64,000 nt of DNA from an uncultured Mycoplasmatota bacterium (lineage in GTDB: Bacteria; Bacillota_I; Bacilli_A; RF39; UBA660), in the NCBI GenBank assembly GCA_948434005.1, contig CAOJEH010000001.1, positions 13,678-77,677 on the forward strand, given 5' to 3'. The notes below the pieces were generated by a model that saw nothing but the letters and a program-made list of their open reading frames with translations, did not search any database and was not told the DNA's origin. This document shows positions 41,424 through 50,843 of this stretch, one piece after another. Both the position numbers and the translations under genes were made by a program. Numbering within the stretch: the stretch's first letter is position 1; every line of letters begins with the position of its first letter.

Positions 41424-41858
41424 TTATCTATCTCTCATTATTAAATCTAATCTAGAAGCTCTTAATATTTGATTTTCTATAGTTCTTCTAGATACAGGTA
41501 TTAATATTGATATATCATTATTGAATATTATATTAGTTGAATTATAATCTGCAGCTTCTATTTTTTTAATATTTTTTAAAGATATCCAACAACAATCCTC
41601 TGCAGATGGTGAATTAGTTGGAAAGAATATTATATTTTTACTATTTTCAACTATAATTGGAACTTTATAATTTATATCAAGTATTGCTTTAGTTCCCTCT
41701 TTTCTTCCTTCGTATGATGACCCAAAATATTTACAACTATAATCCATTATTTCATATGGTGTATTATTTATAACATATTCTTTGCTATCTTCTAATACCT
41801 TACTCTTCTCTTCTTTAGGTAATATTGCTAAAGTACCTTCATTAATTTCATAATTCAT
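41424..41858 (-). CDS. comK: ComK-family competence transcription factor homologue (short, 144 aa)
   Basis: Alignable with B. subtilis ComK over most of its length: EINEGTLAILPKEE / YEVNGATIAVLPEE; DYSCKYFGSSYEGRKEGT / DRSCRFFGSSYAGRKAGT; VPIIVENSKNIIFFPTNS / PPIMVDPSNQIFLFPTLS; CCWISLKNIK / CGWISHVHVK; IENQILRASRL / FENQVYRTAWL. It lacks the ~45 C-terminal residues of ComK. Confidence 0.7.
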   Translation of the reverse strand: MNYEINEGTLAILPKEEKSKVLEDSKEYVINNTPYEIMDYSCKYFGSSYEGRKEGTKAILDINYKVPIIVENSKNIIFFPTNSPSAEDCCWISLKNIKKIEAADYNSTNIIFNNDISILIPVSRRTIENQILRASRLDLIMRDR

Positions 41859-41957
41859 AAATTTTCCCCCTTTGAAAACAGATTATCCCGTTTTCAGGAG
41901 GTATAATAACACACTATATAGTCGTTTTTTGTGGAATTTTGTCATACATCACTTATT

Positions 41958-43088
41958 TTAATATGTTCTTATAGGAAGAACTAATTGTGTTAATGTTTCA
42001 TCCTCACTAGATTTCACAAGAATAGGTTTTACTTCCCCTACAAAATGTAACTCTACATTTTCTGTATTAAAAGATTTTAAAGCTTCCATCATATATTTAG
42101 CACTAAATGATATTTTTATATTTTCTTCATTATTCTTTTCTATATTCATTTTTTCTTCTACTCTACCTATTTCTTGTGAAGAAGATTTTAATGTTAATAA
42201 ATTACCATCTGTTTCTAAAGTAACTATATTTTTTTCCTTATCACTAGTAAGAATACTAGCCCTATCTATAACACCGTAAATATCACTTAATTTTGTATTT
42301 ATTATAAGAAATTCATCTTTTGGCATTAAATTAGATGTATTTGGATAAGTACCATTTATTAATCTAGATTGAAATTTAAAATTTTTATACATAAACAATA
42401 TTTTATTATTAGAAATATGCAATTCAATATTTGCCTTTTCATCATCATCTAATATTCTTACAAATTCTAAGATATTATGACTAGGTATAACTATATTATA
42501 GTTATCTTCTCCTTTTATATCTAAAGTTACAACTTTTCTAGCTAAACGATATGAATCAGTAGAATTACATTCTAATACATTTCCAACAATATTAAAATTA
42601 ATTCCAGTTAATACAGGTTTAGTTTCCTCGTTAGATGATGCAAAAGCTGTTTGATTAACAATATCTTTAAATACTTTATTATTTATAATTATTTTTTTCT
42701 TTGATTCTTCTAAATTAATATTAGGATATTCTTCTTCATCTATTCCATTTAAATTAAATTCACTATTTTCTGTATAAATAAGAACTTTTAATTCATCTAT
42801 AACTTCTATATTAATATATTTATCTGGTAGTTTCCTTACAATATCTAGTATATATTTTCCTTGAACAATAATACTACCTTCTTTTTCAACTTTAAAATCC
42901 TCATCTTTTAAAGAATGAATTACAGTTTGAATTGTAATATCATTATCACTAGCAGTTAGTGTAAGTTTATTCTTATTTAATTCAAATTTTATACCTGATA
43001 ATACAGGAATTAAATTTTTAGTTGAAATAGCCTTCGATACCTTATTTATTCCTTCTAATAAAATGTCTTTTTTTATTGTTAATTTCAT
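41958..43088 (-). CDS. dnaN: DNA polymerase III beta sliding clamp
   Basis: 376 aa; three-domain clamp pattern; C-terminal LVLPIRTY; directly downstream of dnaA. Confidence 0.95.
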   Translation of the reverse strand: MKLTIKKDILLEGINKVSKAISTKNLIPVLSGIKFELNKNKLTLTASDNDITIQTVIHSLKDEDFKVEKEGSIIVQGKYILDIVRKLPDKYINIEVIDELKVLIYTENSEFNLNGIDEEEYPNINLEESKKKIIINNKVFKDIVNQTAFASSNEETKPVLTGINFNIVGNVLECNSTDSYRLARKVVTLDIKGEDNYNIVIPSHNILEFVRILDDDEKANIELHISNNKILFMYKNFKFQSRLINGTYPNTSNLMPKDEFLIINTKLSDIYGVIDRASILTSDKEKNIVTLETDGNLLTLKSSSQEIGRVEEKMNIEKNNEENIKISFSAKYMMEALKSFNTENVELHFVGEVKPILVKSSEDETLTQLVLPIRTY

Positions 43089-43224
43089 ATATATTCCTTC
43101 TTTCTTATTATTTAATTTATATTTTTTTATATTATTGCTGTGGATTTTGTTAATAACTCGATTTTTTAGTTAAAATTAATAGATTTATAATAAATTTAGT
43201 TGTGGAAAAATCATAGTTTAAATT
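43089..43224. promoter_or_regulatory. dnaA-dnaN intergenic AT-rich region with DnaA-box-like 9-mers (candidate DNA-unwinding part of a bipartite oriC)
   Basis: TGTGGATTT at 43139-43147 and TGTGGAAAA at 43201-43209, embedded in >85% AT sequence with A/T tracts. Confidence 0.5.
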
Positions 43225-44619
43225 TTATTTATTAACAACACCCTCTCCTATGTCTTTTTTTAATTTATCAATTATTTTTGCTAAATCTGGGTTGATTTTT
43301 ATTTCTTGATCTATTTTTTCAACTGAATGCATCACTGTAGAATGATCTTTTCCGCCAAATTCAGTCCCTATTTTAGGAAATGATTCACTGGTCATATTTC
43401 TACATAAATACATTGCAATTTGTCTAGGAAATGAAATATTAGAACTTCTCTTTTTACTTCTAATATCTTCTACTGTTATTTGAAAATATTCAGAAACAAT
43501 CTTTTGAATTCTATGAACATCATTTTTTTCAGATATTCCTTTACTTATAAAATCTTTTAAAGCTTCTATCGCTAAATCAAGATTTATATCTACTCCACCC
43601 ATTATGGTAGAATAAGCAATTAATCTAGTAATAGAACCTTCTAGCTGTCTAACATCTGTACCAATATTAGAAGCAATATATTCTATTACATCTTCAGGTA
43701 TTTCTTTTTCAAAATTACCTGCTGCTATTTTCTTTCTTATTATTTCTGTTCTAAGAGAAAAATCAGGTGGAAAAACATTAACTGTTAATCCCCAACAAAA
43801 CCTGGTTCTTAAACGATCTTCTAATAATTTTAAATCATCAGGAGATCTATCAGATGAAATAATAATTTGCTTACTATCATTATATAATGTATTAAAGGTG
43901 TGAAAAAATTCTTGTTGAGTTTGTGTTGCTCCTCCTAAAAACTGAATATCATCAATTATTAAAACATCAACATTTCTATATTTATTTTTAAAGAAATCAA
44001 CATAATTAAAGTTTGTTCCTTTAGCATCTCTTTTATTTATACCAATAAAGTCTTGAATAAATTGATCGCTTGTTACATATAAAACTTTTCTATTACTATT
44101 AGCCATAATATAATTACCAATAGCATGCATTAAATGGGTTTTACCAAGTCCACTATTTCCATATATAAATAATGGATTATACATATTGCCAGGATTCTCA
44201 GCGACTGATAAAGCTGCAGCATGAGCAAATTTATTACTATTTCCAACAATAAAATTATCAAAAGAATATTTATTCTTCAAATTAGACTGAAATGAATTAG
44301 GAGGGACACCAGAATTATTATCCTCAATCATATCATTATCTATTAAAACTCTTTCTACTGTTTCTTTTTTTATTTCACTTTCTAATATAAATTCTAATTC
44401 AAAATTAGTACCCGTAATATTATTTAATTTTTCTATAATTAGGGAAGAATATTTATCAGCTAAATGTTTTTTATGTATTTGCATAGGAACAACAATAAAT
44501 GCTTTGCCATCTTTTAATTCATGTAGTTTTGTATCATTAAACCATGTATCAAAAGCTAGTGCAGATAAATCATCCTTTATTTGTGATAAAAAGTTGTTCC
44601 ATAATACATCCACATTCAT
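43225..44619 (-). CDS. dnaA: Chromosomal replication initiator DnaA. The ORF track begins at a TTG at 44637; the likely start is ATG 44617-44619 (MNVDVLWNNFL), with GGGGAG upstream.
   Basis: Walker A GNSGLGKTHLMHA; Walker B LIIDDIQF; sensor and Arg finger; C-terminal DNA-binding signature (RQIAMYLCRNMTSESFPKIGTEFGGKDHSTVMHS). Confidence 0.97.
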   Translation of the reverse strand: MNVDVLWNNFLSQIKDDLSALAFDTWFNDTKLHELKDGKAFIVVPMQIHKKHLADKYSSLIIEKLNNITGTNFELEFILESEIKKETVERVLIDNDMIEDNNSGVPPNSFQSNLKNKYSFDNFIVGNSNKFAHAAALSVAENPGNMYNPLFIYGNSGLGKTHLMHAIGNYIMANSNRKVLYVTSDQFIQDFIGINKRDAKGTNFNYVDFFKNKYRNVDVLIIDDIQFLGGATQTQQEFFHTFNTLYNDSKQIIISSDRSPDDLKLLEDRLRTRFCWGLTVNVFPPDFSLRTEIIRKKIAAGNFEKEIPEDVIEYIASNIGTDVRQLEGSITRLIAYSTIMGGVDINLDLAIEALKDFISKGISEKNDVHRIQKIVSEYFQITVEDIRSKKRSSNISFPRQIAMYLCRNMTSESFPKIGTEFGGKDHSTVMHSVEKIDQEIKINPDLAKIIDKLKKDIGEGVVNK

Positions 44620-44639
44620 ACAACCATCTCCCCACAAGA

Positions 44640-44930
44640 AAAGTAATTAAGTTTATTCTACATTAAATTGTGTAAAAAATAAATAGAAAAACAAAATTTT
44701 CTTTTTTCCACAAAAAAATAACAAAATTATCAACAATCAAAATCAAGTGAAAGGGTCTTTTAAAAAGTTTTCCACATTTTCCACAAATTTTATTAATCAA
44801 CTGTTATTTTTATTTTCCACATACTTGTGGATTTTGTGAAAACAAAAAAAACTAAAAATATAGTATATTTATTTGACAAAACATCATATTTACTATTATA
44901 ATAATGTAGATTTATGTCTGGAGGTGGAAT
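44640..44930. promoter_or_regulatory. oriC: oriC DnaA-box cluster between dnaA and rpmH, including the rpmH sigma-A promoter
   Basis: TTTTCCACA (1 mismatch to TTATCCACA) at 44704-44712, 44768-44776, 44777-44785 (direct tandem) and 44814-44822; inverted TGTGGATTT at 44826-44834. Consensus promoter TTGACA (44873-44878), 18-nt spacer, TATAAT (44897-44902). GGAGGTGG RBS before rpmH. Confidence 0.75.
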
Positions 44931-44932
44931 AA

Positions 44933-45055
44933 ATGAAAAGAACATATCAACCAAACAATCGTAAAAGAGCAAAAAAGCATGGATTCTTTGCTCGTAAAAT
45001 AACAAATATATTAAATAATCGTCGTCGTAAAGGACGTAAAAAATTATGTAACTAA
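44933..45055 (+). CDS. rpmH: 50S ribosomal protein L34
   Basis: [22 protein letters not shown]...RRRKGRKKL; 40 aa; absent from the supplied ORF track because it is under 60 aa; strong RBS. Confidence 0.85.
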   Translation: MKRTYQPNNRKRAKKHGFFARKITNILNNRRRKGRKKLCN

Positions 45056-45105
45056 TCCACAAGTTTTATACTGTGGTTTTTTACATTTATAGATAGGTGA
45101 TATAT

Positions 45106-45438
45106 ATGAAAAAAAAGTATATAGTTAAAAAACAACAGGATTTCAATACTTTGATTAAAACTGGAAAAAAAATATATAGTAAATACTTTGTCATATATTA
45201 TAAAGATAATAATATGAATCACAGTAGATATGGAATATCAGTAGGAACTAAACTAGGTAATGCTGTATTTAGAAATAATCATAAAAGAAAAATCAGAATG
45301 ATAATAGACAAAAATGATGATATAAAAATAAAGAAAAATGATTTTATAGTATTACTTAGAAAAAAAGGTTCGAATTTAAAATATTGTGAATTACAACAAG
45401 ATTTTAATATATTAGTAAGTAAAATAAAGGAGAAATAA
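45106..45438 (+). CDS. rnpA: RNase P protein component. The ORF track begins at a GTG at 45097; ATG 45106 (MKKKY) preceded by AGGTGA is more likely.
   Basis: Basic 110-aa protein immediately after rpmH; FRNNHKRKIR resembles the RNR motif region. Confidence 0.85.
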   Translation: MKKKYIVKKQQDFNTLIKTGKKIYSKYFVIYYKDNNMNHSRYGISVGTKLGNAVFRNNHKRKIRMIIDKNDDIKIKKNDFIVLLRKKGSNLKYCELQQDFNILVSKIKEK

Positions 45439-46410
45439 ATGAAAAAAAGAAAAAAGAAAATACTTCTAATATTAGTAGTTGCAGTACTTTTATTAACAAC
45501 AGGGTGTACAAAAACTTTAACAGATAAGAAAAATAATCCTGTTAAAAATGAAATAACAGGACAAAATCTAACTAAAAATATTATTTGTAAGCCTACTAGT
45601 AAAGAGACAATTAAACTATATAAAAAAAATGGTGTTAAGGTTAATAAATTACCTGATTGCAAAAAATTTAAAGTAACCAGCGGAAAATATGAGGGACTAT
45701 GGACTAGTTTATTTATAAAGCCCTTAGCTTTTATACTTATATTATTAGGAAATAAAATAGGTAATTATGCAGTATCATTAATAATAATAAGCTTAATAAT
45801 AAGATTAATAGCATTCCCATTTACTAAAAAGACCGCAATGCAGTCAGAATTAATAAAAGAAGCTCAACCAGAACTAAATAGAATTCAAAATAAGTATAAA
45901 GATAAACAAGACCAAGCTTCATTAACTAAACAAAGCCAAGAAATGATGGCCGTATATAAGAAATATAATATAAGTCCAATGTCAGGTTGTTTATTTTCAA
46001 TGATTCAATTACCATTATTTATAGCCTTTTTTGAAGCAGTTCAAAGAACCCCAGCAATTTTTGAAGATAAATTTTTAGGCTTACAATTAGGTACAACTCC
46101 AGTAGTGGGATTTGGAACTAGTGCCATAGTAGCATATATAATTTTAATGCTTTTAATTGCAGTATCTACATTAGGATCATTTAAATTAAATATGTCAGGA
46201 AATTCATTAGATCCTAGTATGAAAATGATGCCAGTAATGATGAGTATAATGATAATAATAATGGGACTCTTTATGCCATCAGCATTAGGTATATATTGGA
46301 TAACAACTAACTTATTTACAATATTTCAAAATTTATTAGTTAAAAGGAGTAAGAATAATTATGGAAAAAAAGACTTACATAGGAAAAACCAAAGAAGAAG
46401 CAATAAGTAA
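45439..46410 (+). CDS. yidC: Membrane protein insertase YidC/SpoIIIJ (lipoprotein form)
   Basis: Lipobox LLLTTGC; five-TM YidC core (...FPFTKKTAMQSELIKEAQPELNRIQNKYKD...PMSGCLFSMIQLP...); basic C-terminal tail. Confidence 0.9.
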   Translation: MKKRKKKILLILVVAVLLLTTGCTKTLTDKKNNPVKNEITGQNLTKNIICKPTSKETIKLYKKNGVKVNKLPDCKKFKVTSGKYEGLWTSLFIKPLAFILILLGNKIGNYAVSLIIISLIIRLIAFPFTKKTAMQSELIKEAQPELNRIQNKYKDKQDQASLTKQSQEMMAVYKKYNISPMSGCLFSMIQLPLFIAFFEAVQRTPAIFEDKFLGLQLGTTPVVGFGTSAIVAYIILMLLIAVSTLGSFKLNMSGNSLDPSMKMMPVMMSIMIIIMGLFMPSALGIYWITTNLFTIFQNLLVKRSKNNYGKKDLHRKNQRRSNK

Positions 46411-46972
46411 TGCAACAATTGATTTACAAGAAATAGAAGAAAATTTAATAATAAATGAGAAAGAGATAAAACAGGGTTTATTTAAAACAAAAAAAATTGA
46501 AATAGAAGTAATTGAAAAAAGAGAAGTTGTTAAGTATATAAAGGATTATACTAATTCACTATTAAAAGATTTAGGCTTTAATGCTAATATAGAAATAAGA
46601 AAGAATCAAGAAGTTCCAACTTATATAATCTACTCAGATAATGACTCATTATTAATAGGTAAGAATGGAAAAAACTTACAAGCTTTATCTAAAATAATAT
46701 CACAAGTAGTAAAAAAAGAAATAGGAACATCGTTCAAGTTTATGTTAGATGTTAATGATTATAAAGAAAAGAATGAAAAAAGACTAGAAAGGTTAGCAAA
46801 ACAAATTGCAAGAGAAGTAAAAACAACAAAAGTAGAAGCAAAGCTCGATTCAATGAATTCTTATGAAAGAAGAATTATACATAATACTTTAACTAATAAT
46901 AAATATGTATATACAGAAAGTGAAGGAGAAGAGCCAAATAGATATATAGTTATTAAACCAAAAGAGGATTAA
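46361..46972 (+). CDS. jag: Jag/KhpB (KH plus R3H RNA-binding protein)
   Basis: KH motif LIGKNGKNLQAL; R3H motif SMNSYERRIIHNTL; follows yidC. Confidence 0.88.
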   Translation: MEKKTYIGKTKEEAISNATIDLQEIEENLIINEKEIKQGLFKTKKIEIEVIEKREVVKYIKDYTNSLLKDLGFNANIEIRKNQEVPTYIIYSDNDSLLIGKNGKNLQALSKIISQVVKKEIGTSFKFMLDVNDYKEKNEKRLERLAKQIAREVKTTKVEAKLDSMNSYERRIIHNTLTNNKYVYTESEGEEPNRYIVIKPKED

Positions 46973-47038
46973 GCCTCTTTTTTCTTGTAACAATTTAGTA
47001 AATATGATATAATACAACTCAAAAAAGGAGATGTAAAA

Positions 47039-47794
47039 ATGTATGGTGCAACTTTATATGCGATAAAACAACAATTTGAAGAAAGACAAAAAATAAGGGA
47101 AGCAATGAAAGGTGAAAAAGAAGAAAAAGAAAAAATAGAATTAGCAAAACAAATATTAACAGTTATTAAGAATAATTTAGAAAATTGTGCACAAGAAGGT
47201 AAAAATTTAATAACAAAGATTTCTTATGAAGATGAGGAAACTAGAGAAAAAATAAATAAATGCTTTAATAAATTAATAGAATTAGGTTGGGAAGAAGGAA
47301 TAAGCATTTATATGAGTTATGATAAATTAAAACCAGAATATTATGCAACGATAGAAAATATATTTTTTGATTATGATATGTATAGATTTATTAGTAATAA
47401 TAGAAAACAATTCCTTGATGCCAATGAAAAAAATTATATAGATTTAGAAAAAAAATACTTTGAACAATTATCAGAAGGAACAGATATTTCAACTTTATTA
47501 TGTTCTATAGAACAAGTAGATTCTATCGATTCAATAGAAAAAATAGATGAAAAAAATCAAATTTATACTAAAGCTTTAGCTAATGCGGCATATAGAATAG
47601 GTATGGAAAATGATCCTGATTTAATAGAACTTGGTTTTTCTATAGAACCAACATATTATGATATATTCGGTTTTAGAATAGATAGTAATAAATATGAAAA
47701 TTATATTCAAATAATGCACAGATACTATAAAGAAAAAACACCAAAAGAAAGTCAAAGCTTGCAACAAAAGGTAAAGAATCAAAAAGAAGGTTAA
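47039..47794 (+). CDS. Hypothetical K/E-rich cytoplasmic protein inserted between jag and mnmE
   Basis: 251 aa; good RBS AAAAGGAGATG; no recognisable domain; a bidirectional terminator (AAAAAATAGCAATTGCTATTTTTT, ~47797-47820) follows. Confidence 0.45.
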   Translation: MYGATLYAIKQQFEERQKIREAMKGEKEEKEKIELAKQILTVIKNNLENCAQEGKNLITKISYEDEETREKINKCFNKLIELGWEEGISIYMSYDKLKPEYYATIENIFFDYDMYRFISNNRKQFLDANEKNYIDLEKKYFEQLSEGTDISTLLCSIEQVDSIDSIEKIDEKNQIYTKALANAAYRIGMENDPDLIELGFSIEPTYYDIFGFRIDSNKYENYIQIMHRYYKEKTPKESQSLQQKVKNQKEG

Positions 47795-47810
47795 AAAAAT
47801 AGCGCAATTG

Positions 47811-48164
47811 CTATTTTTTCTTTCCTATACCATAAGTTACGCCTGCTTTGTAATCTTCAGTAGCTTCTTTAATTATATCATCAATAAATTCATTTTCTAG
47901 ATTATTAGAACTATCGCTAGAACTATTTTTTTGAAAAGAAGATAAACCATAATTCCCCATATCTTCCATAGACTCTCTAATAACATCATCAACAAATGAT
48001 TTATGAATTTGAGATTTCTCAGGTAGAATAGGATTAATACTAGATTTATGAATTTGAGTATTATTCATAAATGATCTTCTTCTTAAAATAGTATTTTTAG
48101 TATTATCTGTCATTATTGATATATTTGTAATACTTTTTATTCCCATAAAACATTCCCCCTCCAA
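47811..48164 (-). CDS. Hypothetical small protein (convergent to the previous gene)
   Basis: 117 aa, with an internal duplication (...IHKSSINPILPEKSQIHKS...; DDVIRESMEDMGNYG / DDIIKEATEDYKAG); no known motif. Confidence 0.35.
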   Translation of the reverse strand: MEGECFMGIKSITNISIMTDNTKNTILRRRSFMNNTQIHKSSINPILPEKSQIHKSFVDDVIRESMEDMGNYGLSSFQKNSSSDSSNNLENEFIDDIIKEATEDYKAGVTYGIGKKK

Positions 48165-48297
48165 AGTGTTTACAATTATATCATAAAAATATGAAAAAGT
48201 AAATATTTATATGACATAATAGTAAAAAATAACAAAAAAACAAAGCAAATATTAAGATTAAGTATGATATAATAATGAAAGAAAAAGGAGAATAATT

Positions 48298-49656
48298 ATG
48301 GAAGATAATATTGTTGCTGTCTCATCAGCCTTAGGAATAGGTGCCATTTCAATAATTAGATTAAGTGGAAAAGAAGTAATATCTATTGTAAATTCTATCT
48401 TTAAAGGTAAAGATTTAAATAAAGTAAAATCCCATACTATAAATTATGGCTATATTATAGATGAAAAAAAAGAAATAGTTGATGAAGTATTAGTATCTAT
48501 TATGAAAGCCCCTAAAACTTATACAAAAGAAGATGTTGTAGAAATTAATTGTCATGGAGGAATTGCTACAACAAATAAAATTTTAGAAATTATATTAACG
48601 AAAGATATACGTCTAGCTGAACCAGGTGAGTTTACAAAAAGAGCGTTTTTAAATGGAAGAATTGATTTAACAGAATCAGAAGCAGTAATGGATTTATTAG
48701 AAAGTAAAACAGAAAAAGCAAGAAAGCTAGCACTCAATAGCTTACAAGGAAAGACCTTTAATATGATAGAAGGATTTAGATATAAAATAAAAGATTTGCT
48801 TTCAAGAATAGAAGTAAATATAGATTATCCTGAATACTATGATATAGAAATAGTAACAATAGATAAAATAAAAGAAGAAGTATCTAAAATGATGGAAGAA
48901 TTACAAAATATTATTAAAGAATCAAAGAATACAAGAATTATAAAAGAAGGAATAGATACTTTAATCATTGGAAAACCAAATGTAGGAAAAAGTAGCATAT
49001 TAAATAGATTATTAGATGAAGAAAAAGCTATTGTAACTGATATTCCAGGTACAACAAGAGATATCATAGAAGGCCAAGTAACATTAAATGGAATTTCCCT
49101 AAATATTATAGATACTGCGGGAATTAGAAAAACAAAAGATCAAGTAGAAAAAATTGGAGTAGAAAAAAGTCTTTATCTCATTGATAAAGCAGACTTAGTA
49201 ATTGTTGTTTTAAATGGAAATGATAAGTTAACTCGAGAAGATCAAGAAATATTAGAAAAAACAAAGAATAAAACAACTATTGTTGTTATCAATAAAAATG
49301 ATATAGAAGAAAAAATAGAAAAAGAAAAATTAAAAAATTATACATTAGTAAGTACAAATACAAATAGTGATGCAGGAATAAAAGAACTAAAAGAAAAAAT
49401 TATTGAACTATTTAATTTAGAACAAATAGAGACTAAAGATCATTATTATTTAACCAATGTAAGACAAATATCTAAAGCAAAAGAAGCATATCAAAAATTA
49501 ATTGAAGTAGAAGAAGGAATTAAAAATAATTTACCTATTGATATGGTAGAAATAGATTTAAAGAATTGTTTTGATCTTTTAGGAGAAATAATAGGGAAGA
49601 CTTATAGTGATGAGATAATAGATCACTTATTTGAAAATTTTTGTGTAGGAAAGTAG
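48298..49656 (+). CDS. mnmE: tRNA modification GTPase MnmE
   Basis: G-domain motifs GKPNVGKSS, DTAGIR, NKND; C-terminal CVGK; 452 aa. Confidence 0.95.
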   Translation: MEDNIVAVSSALGIGAISIIRLSGKEVISIVNSIFKGKDLNKVKSHTINYGYIIDEKKEIVDEVLVSIMKAPKTYTKEDVVEINCHGGIATTNKILEIILTKDIRLAEPGEFTKRAFLNGRIDLTESEAVMDLLESKTEKARKLALNSLQGKTFNMIEGFRYKIKDLLSRIEVNIDYPEYYDIEIVTIDKIKEEVSKMMEELQNIIKESKNTRIIKEGIDTLIIGKPNVGKSSILNRLLDEEKAIVTDIPGTTRDIIEGQVTLNGISLNIIDTAGIRKTKDQVEKIGVEKSLYLIDKADLVIVVLNGNDKLTREDQEILEKTKNKTTIVVINKNDIEEKIEKEKLKNYTLVSTNTNSDAGIKELKEKIIELFNLEQIETKDHYYLTNVRQISKAKEAYQKLIEVEEGIKNNLPIDMVEIDLKNCFDLLGEIIGKTYSDEIIDHLFENFCVGK

Positions 49657-49665
49657 GAGAAGAAT

Positions 49666-50169
49666 ATGGACTTAAAAAATTTTAATTTAGCCCCTTTATA
49701 CAAATTAGATCAAGAATGGGCATTATTAACAGCAGGAACAAAAGAAAAATTTAATACAATGACAATTAGTTGGGGAGGATTTGGAACTATTTGGAATAAA
49801 CCTGTAGTAACAGTTTATGTAAGACCAAATCGTTATACTTATGAGTTTATGGAAAACAATGAGTATTTTACTATTAGTTTTTATGATGAAGAGTATAAAA
49901 AAGATCTAGGAATATTAGGAACTAAATCAGGTAAAGATATGGATAAAATAGCCTTAACAAAACTAACACCAAATTTTTTAAGTAAAGGAATTTCATTTAA
50001 AGAAGCAGAATTAACAATTATATGTAAAAAAATTTATTTTCAAGATTTAGATATTAATAATATTAACAATCAAAGCATTGTACAGAGTGAATTAGATAGA
50101 TTTTATAAAGAAGAACCTATGCACAGAATGTATATAGGAGAAGTAATAGAAATTATAGATAGAAGATAA
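49666..50169 (+). CDS. Flavin reductase-like FMN-binding domain protein
   Basis: 167 aa; pattern PLYKLDQEWALLTAG...NTMTISWGGFGTIW...VYVRPNRYTYEFM is typical of the split-barrel flavin reductase family. Confidence 0.6.
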   Translation: MDLKNFNLAPLYKLDQEWALLTAGTKEKFNTMTISWGGFGTIWNKPVVTVYVRPNRYTYEFMENNEYFTISFYDEEYKKDLGILGTKSGKDMDKIALTKLTPNFLSKGISFKEAELTIICKKIYFQDLDINNINNQSIVQSELDRFYKEEPMHRMYIGEVIEIIDRR

Positions 50170-50186
50170 GTAAAAAGGAGTAGTGT

Positions 50187-50843
50187 ATGAAAATAGCAAT
50201 TATAGAACGTATAGAAAATGATGATAAGGACAAAACATTTAGTAAAAATTTTTATATGAATAATTATTTTCAAGAAATATTTGAAAAATTAAATATTTTA
50301 TGGATACCTATAGTATCAGAACAATTTTCAGAAGAAATATGTGAAATGTGTGATGGATTAGTAGTTACAGGAAGTTGTAATGATGTTCATCCAAAGTATT
50401 ATAACGAACAACCAATTGAAGGGAAAGATTATATATATGATGAATTTCCTACAGTAAAAAAGGCGGTAGAACTTTTTTCTAAAAATAATAAACCAATATT
50501 AGGTATATGTGCAGGAATACAAGAGATTAATGTAGTCTTTGGTGGAACTCTAAATCAATTAATCAAAAATCATAACTTAAAAGATAAATCTAAACACAAT
50601 GTAGAAATAAAAAAAGACACACTATTATGTAGCATATACAAAAAAGAATATATGGAGGTAAATTCTTATCATAAACAATCTATTAAAGATATAGCCCCAG
50701 GATTTAAAGTAGGAGCAATTAGCAGTGATGGTGTAATAGAAGCTATAGAAAAAGATAATATTATAGCAGTACAGTGGCATCCGGAAGCTTTATATGATAT
50801 GAAACTATTTGAAAAGTTTATCGACATGTGTAAAAGAAAGTAG
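50187..50843 (+). CDS. Class I glutamine amidotransferase-like hydrolase (peptidase C26 / gamma-glutamyl-GABA hydrolase family)
   Basis: Catalytic Cys in ILGICAGIQEIN; His in VQWHPE; 218 aa. Confidence 0.7.
   Translation: MKIAIIERIENDDKDKTFSKNFYMNNYFQEIFEKLNILWIPIVSEQFSEEICEMCDGLVVTGSCNDVHPKYYNEQPIEGKDYIYDEFPTVKKAVELFSKNNKPILGICAGIQEINVVFGGTLNQLIKNHNLKDKSKHNVEIKKDTLLCSIYKKEYMEVNSYHKQSIKDIAPGFKVGAISSDGVIEAIEKDNIIAVQWHPEALYDMKLFEKFIDMCKRK

Noticed and set aside
44793-45062. 89-aa minus-strand ORF spanning the oriC DnaA boxes and rpmH
   Set aside because: It is antisense to the well-conserved rpmH and lies inside the DnaA-box array. It is tyrosine and phenylalanine rich, as expected from translating AT-rich non-coding DNA.
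45279-45662. 127-aa minus-strand ORF overlapping rnpA and yidC
   Set aside because: It is antisense to two conserved genes. Its composition is a low-complexity hydrophobic translation of an AT-rich opposite strand.
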